Virus record (IMG/VR): IMGVR_UViG_2660237930_000004
Length of the DNA: 18,569 nucleotides
Direction: 5' to 3' (one strand)
Source: a virus
Taxonomy: Duplodnaviria; Heunggongvirae; Uroviricota; Caudoviricetes
Under the pieces are notes generated by a model. The model saw only the letters and a program-made list of their open reading frames with translations. It had not been told where the DNA came from and made no database searches. Position numbers and translations under genes: made by a program. Shown here piece by piece: positions 1-9,977 of the stretch; the stretch's first letter is position 1; each line of letters starts with the position of its first letter.

Positions 1-351
1 CACAACATCCGAGGGCAGCATCGTCCGCTGGCCCACAGAAGTCCGGAAAGTCATGGAAGGTCGTTGTTGGGAGGAGGTACAAATTCTCTCATGCAAAAAA
101 TACGTAAAATCGATAATAGCTGGAAATAATTCAATACATGCACTCTCGAAAGTGCATCAGCCAACCGCAGAACGTTATTGCATACAACGTTTCTGCGGCA
201 TAATCCCAATGATTACTCCCTGACAGGGTTCGTAGGCCACTCAATATCAGGTGCAGTTGATGTATCAACACGGTTCAGCAGCATCCGATACTTTTTCCAG
301 GCTTCCAGCAACGGGGTTTCTTCCTCCGTTGCATATACAGCTCACCTTTTT

Positions 352-651
352 TCACCCACGATTAACCAACAGCCAGACCAGCAGACACGCCACCACCGGC
401 ACAGCAAAATCCATCAGGCTTGCCACATCCCATGCACGTGTATCAAAACCGCCCCACCACGGCATATTCATTCGCTTGCCATGCCCGAACATTTCGATCC
501 AGCGATATTCTGCCTGGGTGTGTTCACGCGCAATGAAGAACGTACAACCGGCTATCGCCCCGTAAGCCCAGTTCCCGGTAAAAAGACCAATCAGTAGCTG
601 CGCAGCCACAGCACAAAGCGCATGAAGGAAAGGTGTTATATCCATTTTCAT
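352..651 (-). CDS. Small hypothetical membrane protein (about 97-99 aa, 2-3 predicted hydrophobic helices); possible accessory (moron) gene
   Basis: ORF 352..660 (track start is TTG); in-frame ATGs at 651 and 645, the latter with AGGA about 6 nt upstream. Hydrophobic stretches FLHALCAVAAQLLIGLF and VASLMDFAVPVVACLLVWLLV. The overlapping plus-strand ORF 178..597 has no protein-like features. Start uncertain; family not recognised. Confidence 0.45.
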   Translation of the reverse strand: MKMDITPFLHALCAVAAQLLIGLFTGNWAYGAIAGCTFFIAREHTQAEYRWIEMFGHGKRMNMPWWGGFDTRAWDVASLMDFAVPVVACLLVWLLVNRG

Positions 652-660
652 CCTACCCAA

Positions 661-681
661 TAAAACGGGGCGCTCGGCCCC
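661..681 (-). terminator. Putative intrinsic terminator-like hairpin after the 346-aa gene
   Basis: Minus strand reads GGGGC-CGAGC-GCCCC followed by GTTTTA (5-bp GC stem, short T-rich tail), directly after the stop at 688..690. Confidence 0.35.
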
Positions 682-687
682 TTAATA

Positions 688-1728
688 TTATTTAGACGCA
701 AGCGCCGCCTCAATTGCAGATAATCTTTGTCTTAATTCTGCGTTTTCTTCTTCCAGTGCTGTTATTCTGTCGTCTGACTCTCTGGCTACCTGAACAAGCA
801 AGCCAGTAACACCAGAATAATCTACTGTGTAATAACGTTCACCTTCTTCACCTTCCGATCCGCTCGCACCGTCCTGATATTTCATTGCGGAACCTACAAC
901 TTCTGGGATTGCTTCCAGAGCTTCCTGTGCAATGACACCAGCATAGGGCATACCGTTTTCTTTAAGCGTGTATGTATAGCCGTTCATTTTACGGATGCGG
1001 TCGGTTGCATTATCGATCACCTGAATGTTGTCTTTCAGATCCCGGTCGGAATGCTGGTTAAATGCGGTGGCATGACATGCACCATTAACGCTTAACATAT
1101 AGGTGTTATCGGTATTTTTCTGCGCATAGAACATATAAGCGCCACCATCAACACCGACTTCATAAACAACAGGACGGCTGGAGTTGCCCCACAATTGAGC
1201 AGTAACACCAGCATAAGCGGTTCCCTGTGTGTTTAATGTCATGGTTGACCCATGATTGGCATATTTGATCTGTAATGTGTCGGTGTAATCAAATTTAATA
1301 AGCGCGTTACTTCCACGCTTGCTGTATGACATAAGGCAGTTACCCATTTTGAGGTATCCGCTGTCACCGGGAAAAATCATCGTACCGCCATAAAGGTTGG
1401 TAAAGTCCCAGCAAATGTTTGTCCCGTTATCGTTCAGGTTAAGGCGCGCCATTGCGTTACCTGGACTGTCTATCCATTTTTTGAGGTATAGTTCGCAATA
1501 CGCATCCTCAACACCTGCCGTCCTGTGAGTTGAGCGGAGTTTTCTCCCAAATATAGCTCCGCTAGTTGGCAATACCTGCTGATACCATGAAGCAGACCAG
1601 TCACCAACGATTTCATCTTTGCTGTCTACATATAATTTTGTTGCGTAGCTTCCTTGATCGTTTTTTAATTTGCTAACGTCGGATTTTAGCGTTTTGATGT
1701 CATCAGGAATTACTGTCGATGTAGCCAT
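688..1728 (-). CDS. Tail-fibre/tailspike-like protein (346 aa) with C-terminal intramolecular chaperone (peptidase S74-like) domain
   Basis: GAGGA RBS 5 nt upstream of ATG. C-terminal about 110 aa carries ...NQH-SDRDLKDNI...GYTY... then a heptad-rich coiled coil (RITALEEENAELRQRLSAIEAALASK), matching the Ser/Lys autocleavage signature of phage fibre chaperone domains. The N-terminal about 237 aa looks beta-rich. More AT-rich than the tail backbone. Confidence 0.6.
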   Translation of the reverse strand: MATSTVIPDDIKTLKSDVSKLKNDQGSYATKLYVDSKDEIVGDWSASWYQQVLPTSGAIFGRKLRSTHRTAGVEDAYCELYLKKWIDSPGNAMARLNLNDNGTNICWDFTNLYGGTMIFPGDSGYLKMGNCLMSYSKRGSNALIKFDYTDTLQIKYANHGSTMTLNTQGTAYAGVTAQLWGNSSRPVVYEVGVDGGAYMFYAQKNTDNTYMLSVNGACHATAFNQHSDRDLKDNIQVIDNATDRIRKMNGYTYTLKENGMPYAGVIAQEALEAIPEVVGSAMKYQDGASGSEGEEGERYYTVDYSGVTGLLVQVARESDDRITALEEENAELRQRLSAIEAALASK

Positions 1729-1737
1729 TTTTCTTCC

Positions 1738-2019
1738 TCACATCCAGCCACGAAGTTGATGCTCAACAGCAACCACGTATTCATCGAATAATGACGATAT
1801 TTGCGAATCATTAATGATGCGCACGTTTACAAAATATCCGTCTTCCTTAACACATACCGGTTCGCCATCTTCAGTCAGTTCTCCGGTTTCTTTGTACACG
1901 TTACCTATCACGTCGATAAGAATATCATCCTGCATCGACTCGTCATCATAATAGCCAATACTCTCCATAAAGGCCGAAAAGTCGGCCCTGTCTTCAAATT
2001 TGAGTGTTAAATCTTTCAT
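1738..2019 (-). CDS. Small acidic hypothetical protein (93 aa)
   Basis: ORF start overlaps the stf stop (TAATG, translational coupling); its TGA stop overlaps the RBS of the 346-aa gene. Strongly acidic (D/E-rich). No family recognised. Confidence 0.5.
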   Translation of the reverse strand: MKDLTLKFEDRADFSAFMESIGYYDDESMQDDILIDVIGNVYKETGELTEDGEPVCVKEDGYFVNVRIINDSQISSLFDEYVVAVEHQLRGWM

Positions 2020-4418
2020 TAGATTGACTCCCCCATTTGTGCCTCAGTTAATTCTTTATGCCAAATGCGTAAATTTTTCACATGACCGAACAGGTGTCTG
2101 TTGCCACTGGATGATTGTCCACCGATATTAATATTACCGGCAGTATAACGTTGCAATGTATGCAGAGACGGGGAGCTGCCACCTAAAATTCCATCAACAA
2201 CAACCTGCAACTGTTTATCTTCTGTAAACTTAAAGCCAGTAACAAATTTCCTTTTCTCTCTATTCCCATATGCTTTATATTCTGTTTTTGTTCCTTTGCC
2301 ATTGGTGATAATTAGCCTTTTACCACGAGTGGTAAAACCAAAATACATATAACTTTCATCAGAAACTTCAGTCGTCGCCCCTGTAATTGAGATATTAAGC
2401 AAACGCGCAGAGCCTTCTAAATTAGGCATTTCAGAATCCCAATTAACATTAACTTCCATGAGAACACTAACTGGTGGAGTTGCCCAATTGAAAGGTATAG
2501 GTATGATTACCTGGTCACTTGCTCTCGTGGCACCGACCTCTGTTGTGATGATAAAAGATGACGCGTTTAGTCCCTTTTCGAATTGAGGGGTTGTTAACAT
2601 TAATTTATCGCCAGACTTGATTGATCGTTGATGTGCTCCAAACTCAAAACGCCCATACATATTTTTTGCTTCTGGTGATTTGTAGGTAAACTCAACACGA
2701 ATCCATCCATTAGACTCTCTGAATATGTTATAAGTTGCCGCCTCACCTCCAGAATAACTCAACATATCGCCAGTCTCGCAATCAATATATGCGCCAGCGG
2801 TCAGTGTGTTACTTGAGCCATCGTCGTTAACATATGATATTCTTGGACGCAACGTGATAATACCATCCCCACTTACTTTTTTAACTCTGCAGGATAAAGT
2901 AACTGATTCATTTGCCGAAACTGAAATAACCCTGGTATATCCAGTAGAAATTAATGTCGCCCTTTCAGTTGTGGATGTTTCTTTAACGCCAAACAAACCA
3001 TAACTGAAACCATACTCATCAACTCCCGTGGTAATAGTTAAGTTAGCAGTGTCATAGTTCCACGATACTGGTGTATTCGTATAAGAAAAAGTATTCGTTC
3101 TCTGACCTTCAATGAGCAGACCATCTTTTTCAAAACGTGGTTCATTTATCGCTGATTCAGCAAAACACCCAGACTTATCTATATACGTTGCAGTTGACGC
3201 CCTGGTAAATGAAACAACCTTTTCAGACGGCAATGCAATAACATCGTCACCAACTGTGATGCTCTTATATCCAGGAGCAAACCCGGTAATCATATCCAGT
3301 GAATCGTTAAACGGTATCCACACCTCAGGTAACGGCTGTAAGACATATTTATACGGCTCCGCAGCCTGGCTTGCGTACTCTCTGGCTGCATCTTCGCTTG
3401 CTTTAGCTGCCGTCTGGCTTGCTGCCGATGCTTTCGCTGAGTTCGCAGCCGCTGTTTCGCTCGCCTTTGCGTTGGTTTCACTGGTTTTTGCTGCTTTTTG
3501 ACTGTTAGCTGATGCAGTGGCAGAAGCAGCCGCCGCACTTGCAGAACCAGCTGCAGCACTCTCGCTTTCAGCTGCTGCAGCCTGACTACTTTTCGCCGCA
3601 GTTTCACTGGCTTTGGCATTCGTTTCGCTGGTCTTCGCTGCTGTCTGGCTGGACTTTGCGTTAGTTTCACTCGTCTTCGCAGCTTTCTGGCTGTTAGCCG
3701 CAGCAGTTGCTGATCCGGCTGCTGAAGTCGCAGAACCGGCCGCCGCACTCTCGCTGTCAGCTGCTGCATCCTGACTGCTTTTCGCCGCAGTTTCACTGGC
3801 TCTGGCATTCGTTTCGCTGGTTTTCGCTGCCGTCTGGCTGGACTTCGCGTTGGTTTCGCTCGTCTTTGCGGCTGTCTCACTGTTTTTCGCGTTGGTTTCT
3901 GATTTTTTGGCTGCAGTCGCGGAGTTTGCCGATGCAGTCTGTGAGGCCGCTGCCGCCTGTGCGCTGTTAGCTGCGTTCGTTTCTGAGGTTTTCGCCGCGT
4001 TCTTCGATGATGCCGCTGCTGTTTCGGATTTCTTTGCCGCCGCTGCGCTCTGAGAGGCGGCTTCAGCGTTGCGTGCCGCTTCTTCCACCATTTCCTCAAA
4101 ACGACGCAATGCCTCCGGCATGACATCATCTTCCGTCATGGCACCGAGAAAATCATTCAGCGTCCCCGGCTTAGAATCTTCATACACGGTGATGGTCCCG
4201 GCATGTGAAGGCGGAAAACCTTCAACCAGCAGGATAACGCTGTACTGGCCATACTCAACATCCATGCTGTAACGCCCGGCTTCATCCGGATTTTCAGAGG
4301 CCACCGTGTTCACCAGTACCGTGGTGCTGTTACGCTTTGCCTTCAGTTGAATAGTGCAGTTCTGTATTGGTTTTCCCGCACCATCTTTCAGCACACCTGA
4401 GATTTTTACTGCTGCCAT
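2019..4418 (-). CDS. stf: Side tail fibre protein: lambda Stf-like N-terminus, Ala/Ser/Thr-rich repeat shaft, non-lambda C-terminal domain with LamG/ConA-like lectin signature
   Basis: N-terminus MAAVKISGVLKDGAGKPIQNCTIQLKAKRNSTT... matches lambda Stf from memory. Likely start is ATG at 4416..4418 (GGAG RBS) rather than the GTG at 4424 used by the track. C-terminus ends ...GNRHLFGHVKNLRIWHKELTEAQM, typical of LamG_3/ConA-like jelly-roll domains. Sequence below about 3300 is visibly more AT-rich. Confidence 0.8.
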   Translation of the reverse strand: MAAVKISGVLKDGAGKPIQNCTIQLKAKRNSTTVLVNTVASENPDEAGRYSMDVEYGQYSVILLVEGFPPSHAGTITVYEDSKPGTLNDFLGAMTEDDVMPEALRRFEEMVEEAARNAEAASQSAAAAKKSETAAASSKNAAKTSETNAANSAQAAAASQTASANSATAAKKSETNAKNSETAAKTSETNAKSSQTAAKTSETNARASETAAKSSQDAAADSESAAAGSATSAAGSATAAANSQKAAKTSETNAKSSQTAAKTSETNAKASETAAKSSQAAAAESESAAAGSASAAAASATASANSQKAAKTSETNAKASETAAANSAKASAASQTAAKASEDAAREYASQAAEPYKYVLQPLPEVWIPFNDSLDMITGFAPGYKSITVGDDVIALPSEKVVSFTRASTATYIDKSGCFAESAINEPRFEKDGLLIEGQRTNTFSYTNTPVSWNYDTANLTITTGVDEYGFSYGLFGVKETSTTERATLISTGYTRVISVSANESVTLSCRVKKVSGDGIITLRPRISYVNDDGSSNTLTAGAYIDCETGDMLSYSGGEAATYNIFRESNGWIRVEFTYKSPEAKNMYGRFEFGAHQRSIKSGDKLMLTTPQFEKGLNASSFIITTEVGATRASDQVIIPIPFNWATPPVSVLMEVNVNWDSEMPNLEGSARLLNISITGATTEVSDESYMYFGFTTRGKRLIITNGKGTKTEYKAYGNREKRKFVTGFKFTEDKQLQVVVDGILGGSSPSLHTLQRYTAGNINIGGQSSSGNRHLFGHVKNLRIWHKELTEAQMGESI
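3430..3970 (-). repeat. Tandem repeats of about 189 bp (63 aa) within stf, with nested KTSETNA-type 21-bp sub-repeats
   Basis: Protein segment KAAKTSETNAKSSQTAAKTSETNA[RK]ASETAAKSSQ...SESAAAGSA...NSQ occurs twice in tandem plus partial copies. At DNA level ctgactactt/ttcgccgcag at 3582..3600 recurs at 3771..3790 (offset 189). Boundaries approximate. Confidence 0.7.
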
Positions 4419-4429
4419 ATCCACTCCAC

Positions 4430-4455
4430 AAAAAAGCCCGCCTGAACCGGCGGGC
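4430..4455 (-). terminator. Intrinsic terminator downstream of lom, immediately upstream of stf start
   Basis: Minus strand reads GCCCGCC-GGTTCA-GGCGGGC followed by TTTTTT (7-bp GC stem plus U-tract), 28 nt after the lom stop. Confidence 0.6.
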
Positions 4456-4482
4456 TGTCATAACACTGTGTTACCTGGCTAA

Positions 4483-5082
4483 TCAGAACTTATAACCGAC
4501 ACCCACGATGAAACCGTCAGTGCGCCAGTCACCACTGCCGGAGCCTTCATAAGCAATATCAATGGCCACGGATTCGGTCGGGTTAAACTGCACGCCAGCT
4601 CCCCACGCCAGAGACGTGTTGCTGTGGCGACCGTCATCACTTCCGGTCAGCACATCGTGCGTTTTCCCCTTGTTGTCAGTTACGCGGAGGTAATCCCCGG
4701 AAAAAGTCGAAACACGGCTGTAAGCCATACCCGCCATCGCATACGCGCTGAACCATTCATTCACGCGCACAGACGGCCCCGCCATCACGCTGAACCAGCG
4801 GTTACGCACGGAATCTTTATGCCAGCGGGTATCGCTGTAACGGGTCAGCTGACGATTCTTGTATCCTGCATAACTGAATGACGTCACCAGCCCCAGCGTG
4901 TCCGTAAATTCATAACGGTATTTCACGTTAATGCCCTTCAGGTCATCACTGCCTGGCATATCAGTATGGGTCTGAAGATACCCGGCGCTTAGTGTGGACT
5001 GATGCTCTGCTGCGCTCGCTGGCGTACCAGCGGCAACCAGCCAGACTACTGCGGACAGAATAACAGCACATAATTTACGCAT
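4483..5082 (-). CDS. lom: Lom outer-membrane protein (Ail/Lom/OmpX family beta-barrel), 199 aa
   Basis: Signal peptide MRKLCAVILSAVVWLVAAGTPASA; body recognised as lambda Lom from memory; C-terminal aromatic residue (…GVGYKF) typical of OM beta-barrels; GAGAGG RBS. Confidence 0.9.
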   Translation of the reverse strand: MRKLCAVILSAVVWLVAAGTPASAAEHQSTLSAGYLQTHTDMPGSDDLKGINVKYRYEFTDTLGLVTSFSYAGYKNRQLTRYSDTRWHKDSVRNRWFSVMAGPSVRVNEWFSAYAMAGMAYSRVSTFSGDYLRVTDNKGKTHDVLTGSDDGRHSNTSLAWGAGVQFNPTESVAIDIAYEGSGSGDWRTDGFIVGVGYKF

Positions 5083-5104
5083 AATTACCTCTCGCTTTTC
5101 TGCA

Positions 5105-5130
5105 ATAAAAAAGGCGTCATTTCTGACGCC
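5105..5130 (-). terminator. Intrinsic terminator downstream of J (tJ-like)
   Basis: Minus strand reads GGCGTCA-GAAA-TGACGCC followed by TTTTTTATT, between the J stop (5150) and the lom start (5082). Confidence 0.65.
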
Positions 5131-6044
5131 CGTATTGGGGTTATAAAATTCAGCTGATACTGATGCCTGCAGTGGCTTTCTTCATCACAACAACCAGCAA
5201 ATCGCTGATACTTGCTGTGGGATACCAACCATTTACCCACCATGCTGATACAGAAAACTCCAGTGTCATTACACCACTGCCTGCAGGCATATCAATAACA
5301 CCCGTGTAAATCAGAGTATTATCCAGAGCCGTTCGGTTATAAATTTCAGCCCCGTTTTTCTTCACTATCAGGCGGCATGACGAATAAGTATCGCTATTCT
5401 CCCGCTCATGTCTGGCACCGCAGAAAGCCACCGCTGGAATAACAATTTGCCGGTCAAACGACTGATCGTCATAAACCCTGACGGTAATAGTCCCTGATGG
5501 CCACCGCTCCGGTGCACGGGAGTCCCGGGGGAAAGCTTTGCCCACTGTTTTAACGAGATCGCCTTCAATCTGGTTCGCGGACAGTTTTCCCAGAACCCGA
5601 CAGTTCTCGTTAATCGTGACATTATTGAGCGTCCCGGAGTTCGCATTCACGTTACCGCTGATATCGGCATTTTTCGCCGTCAGCCGCCCGTCCGGTGTCA
5701 GGGAAAATACCGGAGGATTGCCGCCACTGGTAATGGTGGGAGCCGTCAGATACTTCAGGAACACTTCGTTCATGAATATCTGGTTGCCCTGCGCCACAAA
5801 CATCGGCGTTTCATTCCCGTTTGCCGGGTCAATAAACGCGATACGGTTAGCGGCAACCAGGAACTGGCTCAGTTTGCCTTCCTCCGTATCCTCCATACTA
5901 AGGCCAAGCCCCGCGACATAATGCCTGCCGTCTTCGGTCTGCTCAATTTTGACGCCCCACATGGCATTCCATTTATCGTTGGCGTCCTTCCACTCTTTCG
6001 AAAACTCCTCCAGTTTGCTGGCGTTATCCTCCGTCAGCTCGACT

Positions 6045-6121
6045 TTTTCCAGCAGCTCCTTGCCGAGATGGGACTTTTTCGCCAGCAGCTCCTTTTCCAG
6101 CAGCTCCTTGCCGAGATGGGA
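6045..6121. repeat. 29-bp exact direct repeat with 48-bp period inside J (in-frame repeated [10 protein letters not shown] peptide)
   Basis: Positions 6045..6073 and 6093..6121 are identical; protein reads [35 protein letters not shown]. Confidence 0.7.
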
Positions 6122-6245
6122 TTCGGTTATCTGGCCTTTGAAAAAATCCAGGTAACCTTCCGCATCATCGCTCGGCTGACCAACAGCCTCCACGAATGCC
6201 GATTTGCCAACGGTGTTCACACTGCGGATATAAAAGTAATAATCA

Positions 6246-8624
<2,379 letters not shown>

Positions 8625-8681
8625 TCACGCTCCAGAAACGACAAAACCGCCCTGAGGCGGTTTCACACAAAACATTCTGCA

Positions 8682-9331
8682 TCAACGACCAATCACCACA
8701 ACCTGACCACCATCTCCTTCATCTGCCGTGCTGATCTCCTGCGAAATCACCCGTGACCCCACGCGCATTTCACCGTACAGAACCGGCAGAACATTGCCCT
8801 GGGCAACCATGTTATCCAGTGAGGAGAAATAGGTGTTCTGTTTGCCGTTATCCGTTGTCTGTGTACGGGGAGTTCTGGCTTTCGGTGCCAGCATCTGCGC
8901 CACACCACCGAGCACCATACTGGCCCCCGCACCATACATTCCTGTAATTGCGGCAGCCCCCAACCAACCTGCAGGGTTCCACCATGCCACCGCAATCAGC
9001 GCCGCCCCCAGCACAGCCGAGAAAAAGCACCGCCACTTTTGGCTCCCGCCAGACGCGGCACAATGTGGATCACGGCACCATTTGCCAGCGGTTCATTAAG
9101 ACGGGCTGATAATTCAGTTTCACCTGCATCACGCCCGGCAATACGTACCTGATACCAGCCGTCGCTCAGTTTCTGACGAAACGCCGGAAGCTGTGTGGTC
9201 AGCGCCCGGACTGCTTCGGCCCCCGTTTTCACACGCAGGTCGATGCGGCGGCCAAATCGTTGTAAATCCCCGTAAAGGCAGATTCGCGCCATGCCCGGTG
9301 ACGCCAGAGGGAGTGTGTGCGTTGCTGCCAT
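8682..9331 (-). pseudogene. I: Tail tip assembly protein I, interrupted by a frameshift (true pseudogene or homopolymer sequencing error)
   Basis: ORF 8996..9331 encodes the I N-terminus (MAATHTLPLASPGMARICLYGD...) and stops at ...SGGAFSRLCWGRR*. ORF 8682..9014 in the -1 frame encodes the I C-terminus (...LGGVAQMLAPKARTPRTQTTDNGKQNTYFSSLDNMVAQGNVLPVLYGEMRVGSRV...VVIGR). Frame switch maps to about 9004..9030, containing an A5 run (plus strand 9022..9026). Confidence 0.8.
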
Positions 9332-9972
9332 TTGTCGGTATACCTCTCTCGTTTACTCAGTTGTTCAGGAATATGGTGCAGCAGCTCGCCGTCACCACAG
9401 TAAATGGCGGCATGATTCGGCACCGATGAACCAAAACAGCACAGCAGCACATCACCCGGTTGTGCTGATGACAACGGCACCTGATACAGCCCTGTGGCCT
9501 CCAGATTATCCAGATAGAGATTCTGGCCGTTACGCCACCAGTCATCCTCACGATGAAAATCCGGCATCTCAATCCCCGCCAGATGGTAAGCGTCCCGGAA
9601 CAGCGTGTAACAATCCGTCACCCCGTGCTCAAAGCGCCGCCCGGTAAGATGCGGCACACAGCGGAATTTATGAATCGCCCCCCGGCAGACCAGCCACCAT
9701 GGCAAATCACTCTGCACCTGCAGCCGCCGGTCAGCCTCACTCAGCCAGGGCAGGCCACCGGGGTGGCTGTGGACCAGCGCCACAATCTCACCCTGCATCT
9801 CTGCCCGCAGCCAGTCCTCCGGCGACATCCGGAAATAATCCTCCGGCTCACCGGAGATATTCACGCAGGGAAAATATCTTTCCCCTTCCGACGTTCTCAC
9901 CACGAAGCCGCACGACTCCGCTGGCGCACATCGCCGGGCGTGCGCCAGAATCGCTGATTCTGTCTCTGTCAT
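9229..9972 (-). CDS. K: Tail tip assembly protein K (MPN/JAMM domain plus NlpC/P60 domain)
   Basis: Recognised as lambda K from memory. JAMM motif H-S-H-x7-S-x2-D (HSHPGGLPWLSEAD) is intact; C-terminal half has Cys/His typical of NlpC/P60. Start 5 nt after the L stop; the true start could be an internal Met. Confidence 0.85.
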   Translation of the reverse strand: MTETESAILAHARRCAPAESCGFVVRTSEGERYFPCVNISGEPEDYFRMSPEDWLRAEMQGEIVALVHSHPGGLPWLSEADRRLQVQSDLPWWLVCRGAIHKFRCVPHLTGRRFEHGVTDCYTLFRDAYHLAGIEMPDFHREDDWWRNGQNLYLDNLEATGLYQVPLSSAQPGDVLLCCFGSSVPNHAAIYCGDGELLHHIPEQLSKRERYTDKWQQRTHSLWRHRAWRESAFTGIYNDLAAASTCV

Positions 9973-9977
9973 GGGAT

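Noticed and set aside
1-54. Possible minus-strand gene start (ATG at 52..54) reading out of the left edge
   Set aside because: No recognisable RBS, and only 18 codons are visible; cannot be supported from this window.
91-129. 12-codon plus-strand mini-ORF (MQKIRKIDNSWK) downstream of a GGAGG motif
   Set aside because: SD-to-ATG spacing of about 13 nt is too long, and the ORF is too short to support without other evidence.
1-351. Phage attachment site, tRNA gene or integrase at the left end
   Set aside because: No tRNA-like cloverleaf or integrase-like ORF could be discerned by eye; the prophage boundary is probably outside the window.
178-597. Plus-strand 139-aa ORF (and 251..565) overlapping the small membrane protein gene
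   Set aside because: Translation has no protein-like features, whereas the minus-strand frame encodes clear hydrophobic helices and has an ATG with AGGA.
3290-4129. Minus-strand 279-aa Arg/Gln/Lys-rich ORF and plus-strand ORFs 3112..3501, 3707..3970, 3850..4053 inside stf
   Set aside because: Alternative-frame readings of the repetitive stf shaft; extreme composition and complete overlap with the stf frame.
9004-9030. Frameshift in I as a programmed ribosomal frameshift
   Set aside because: No X XXY YYZ slippery heptamer in frame and no precedent for frameshifting in I; a one-base indel or sequencing error in the A5 tract is more parsimonious.
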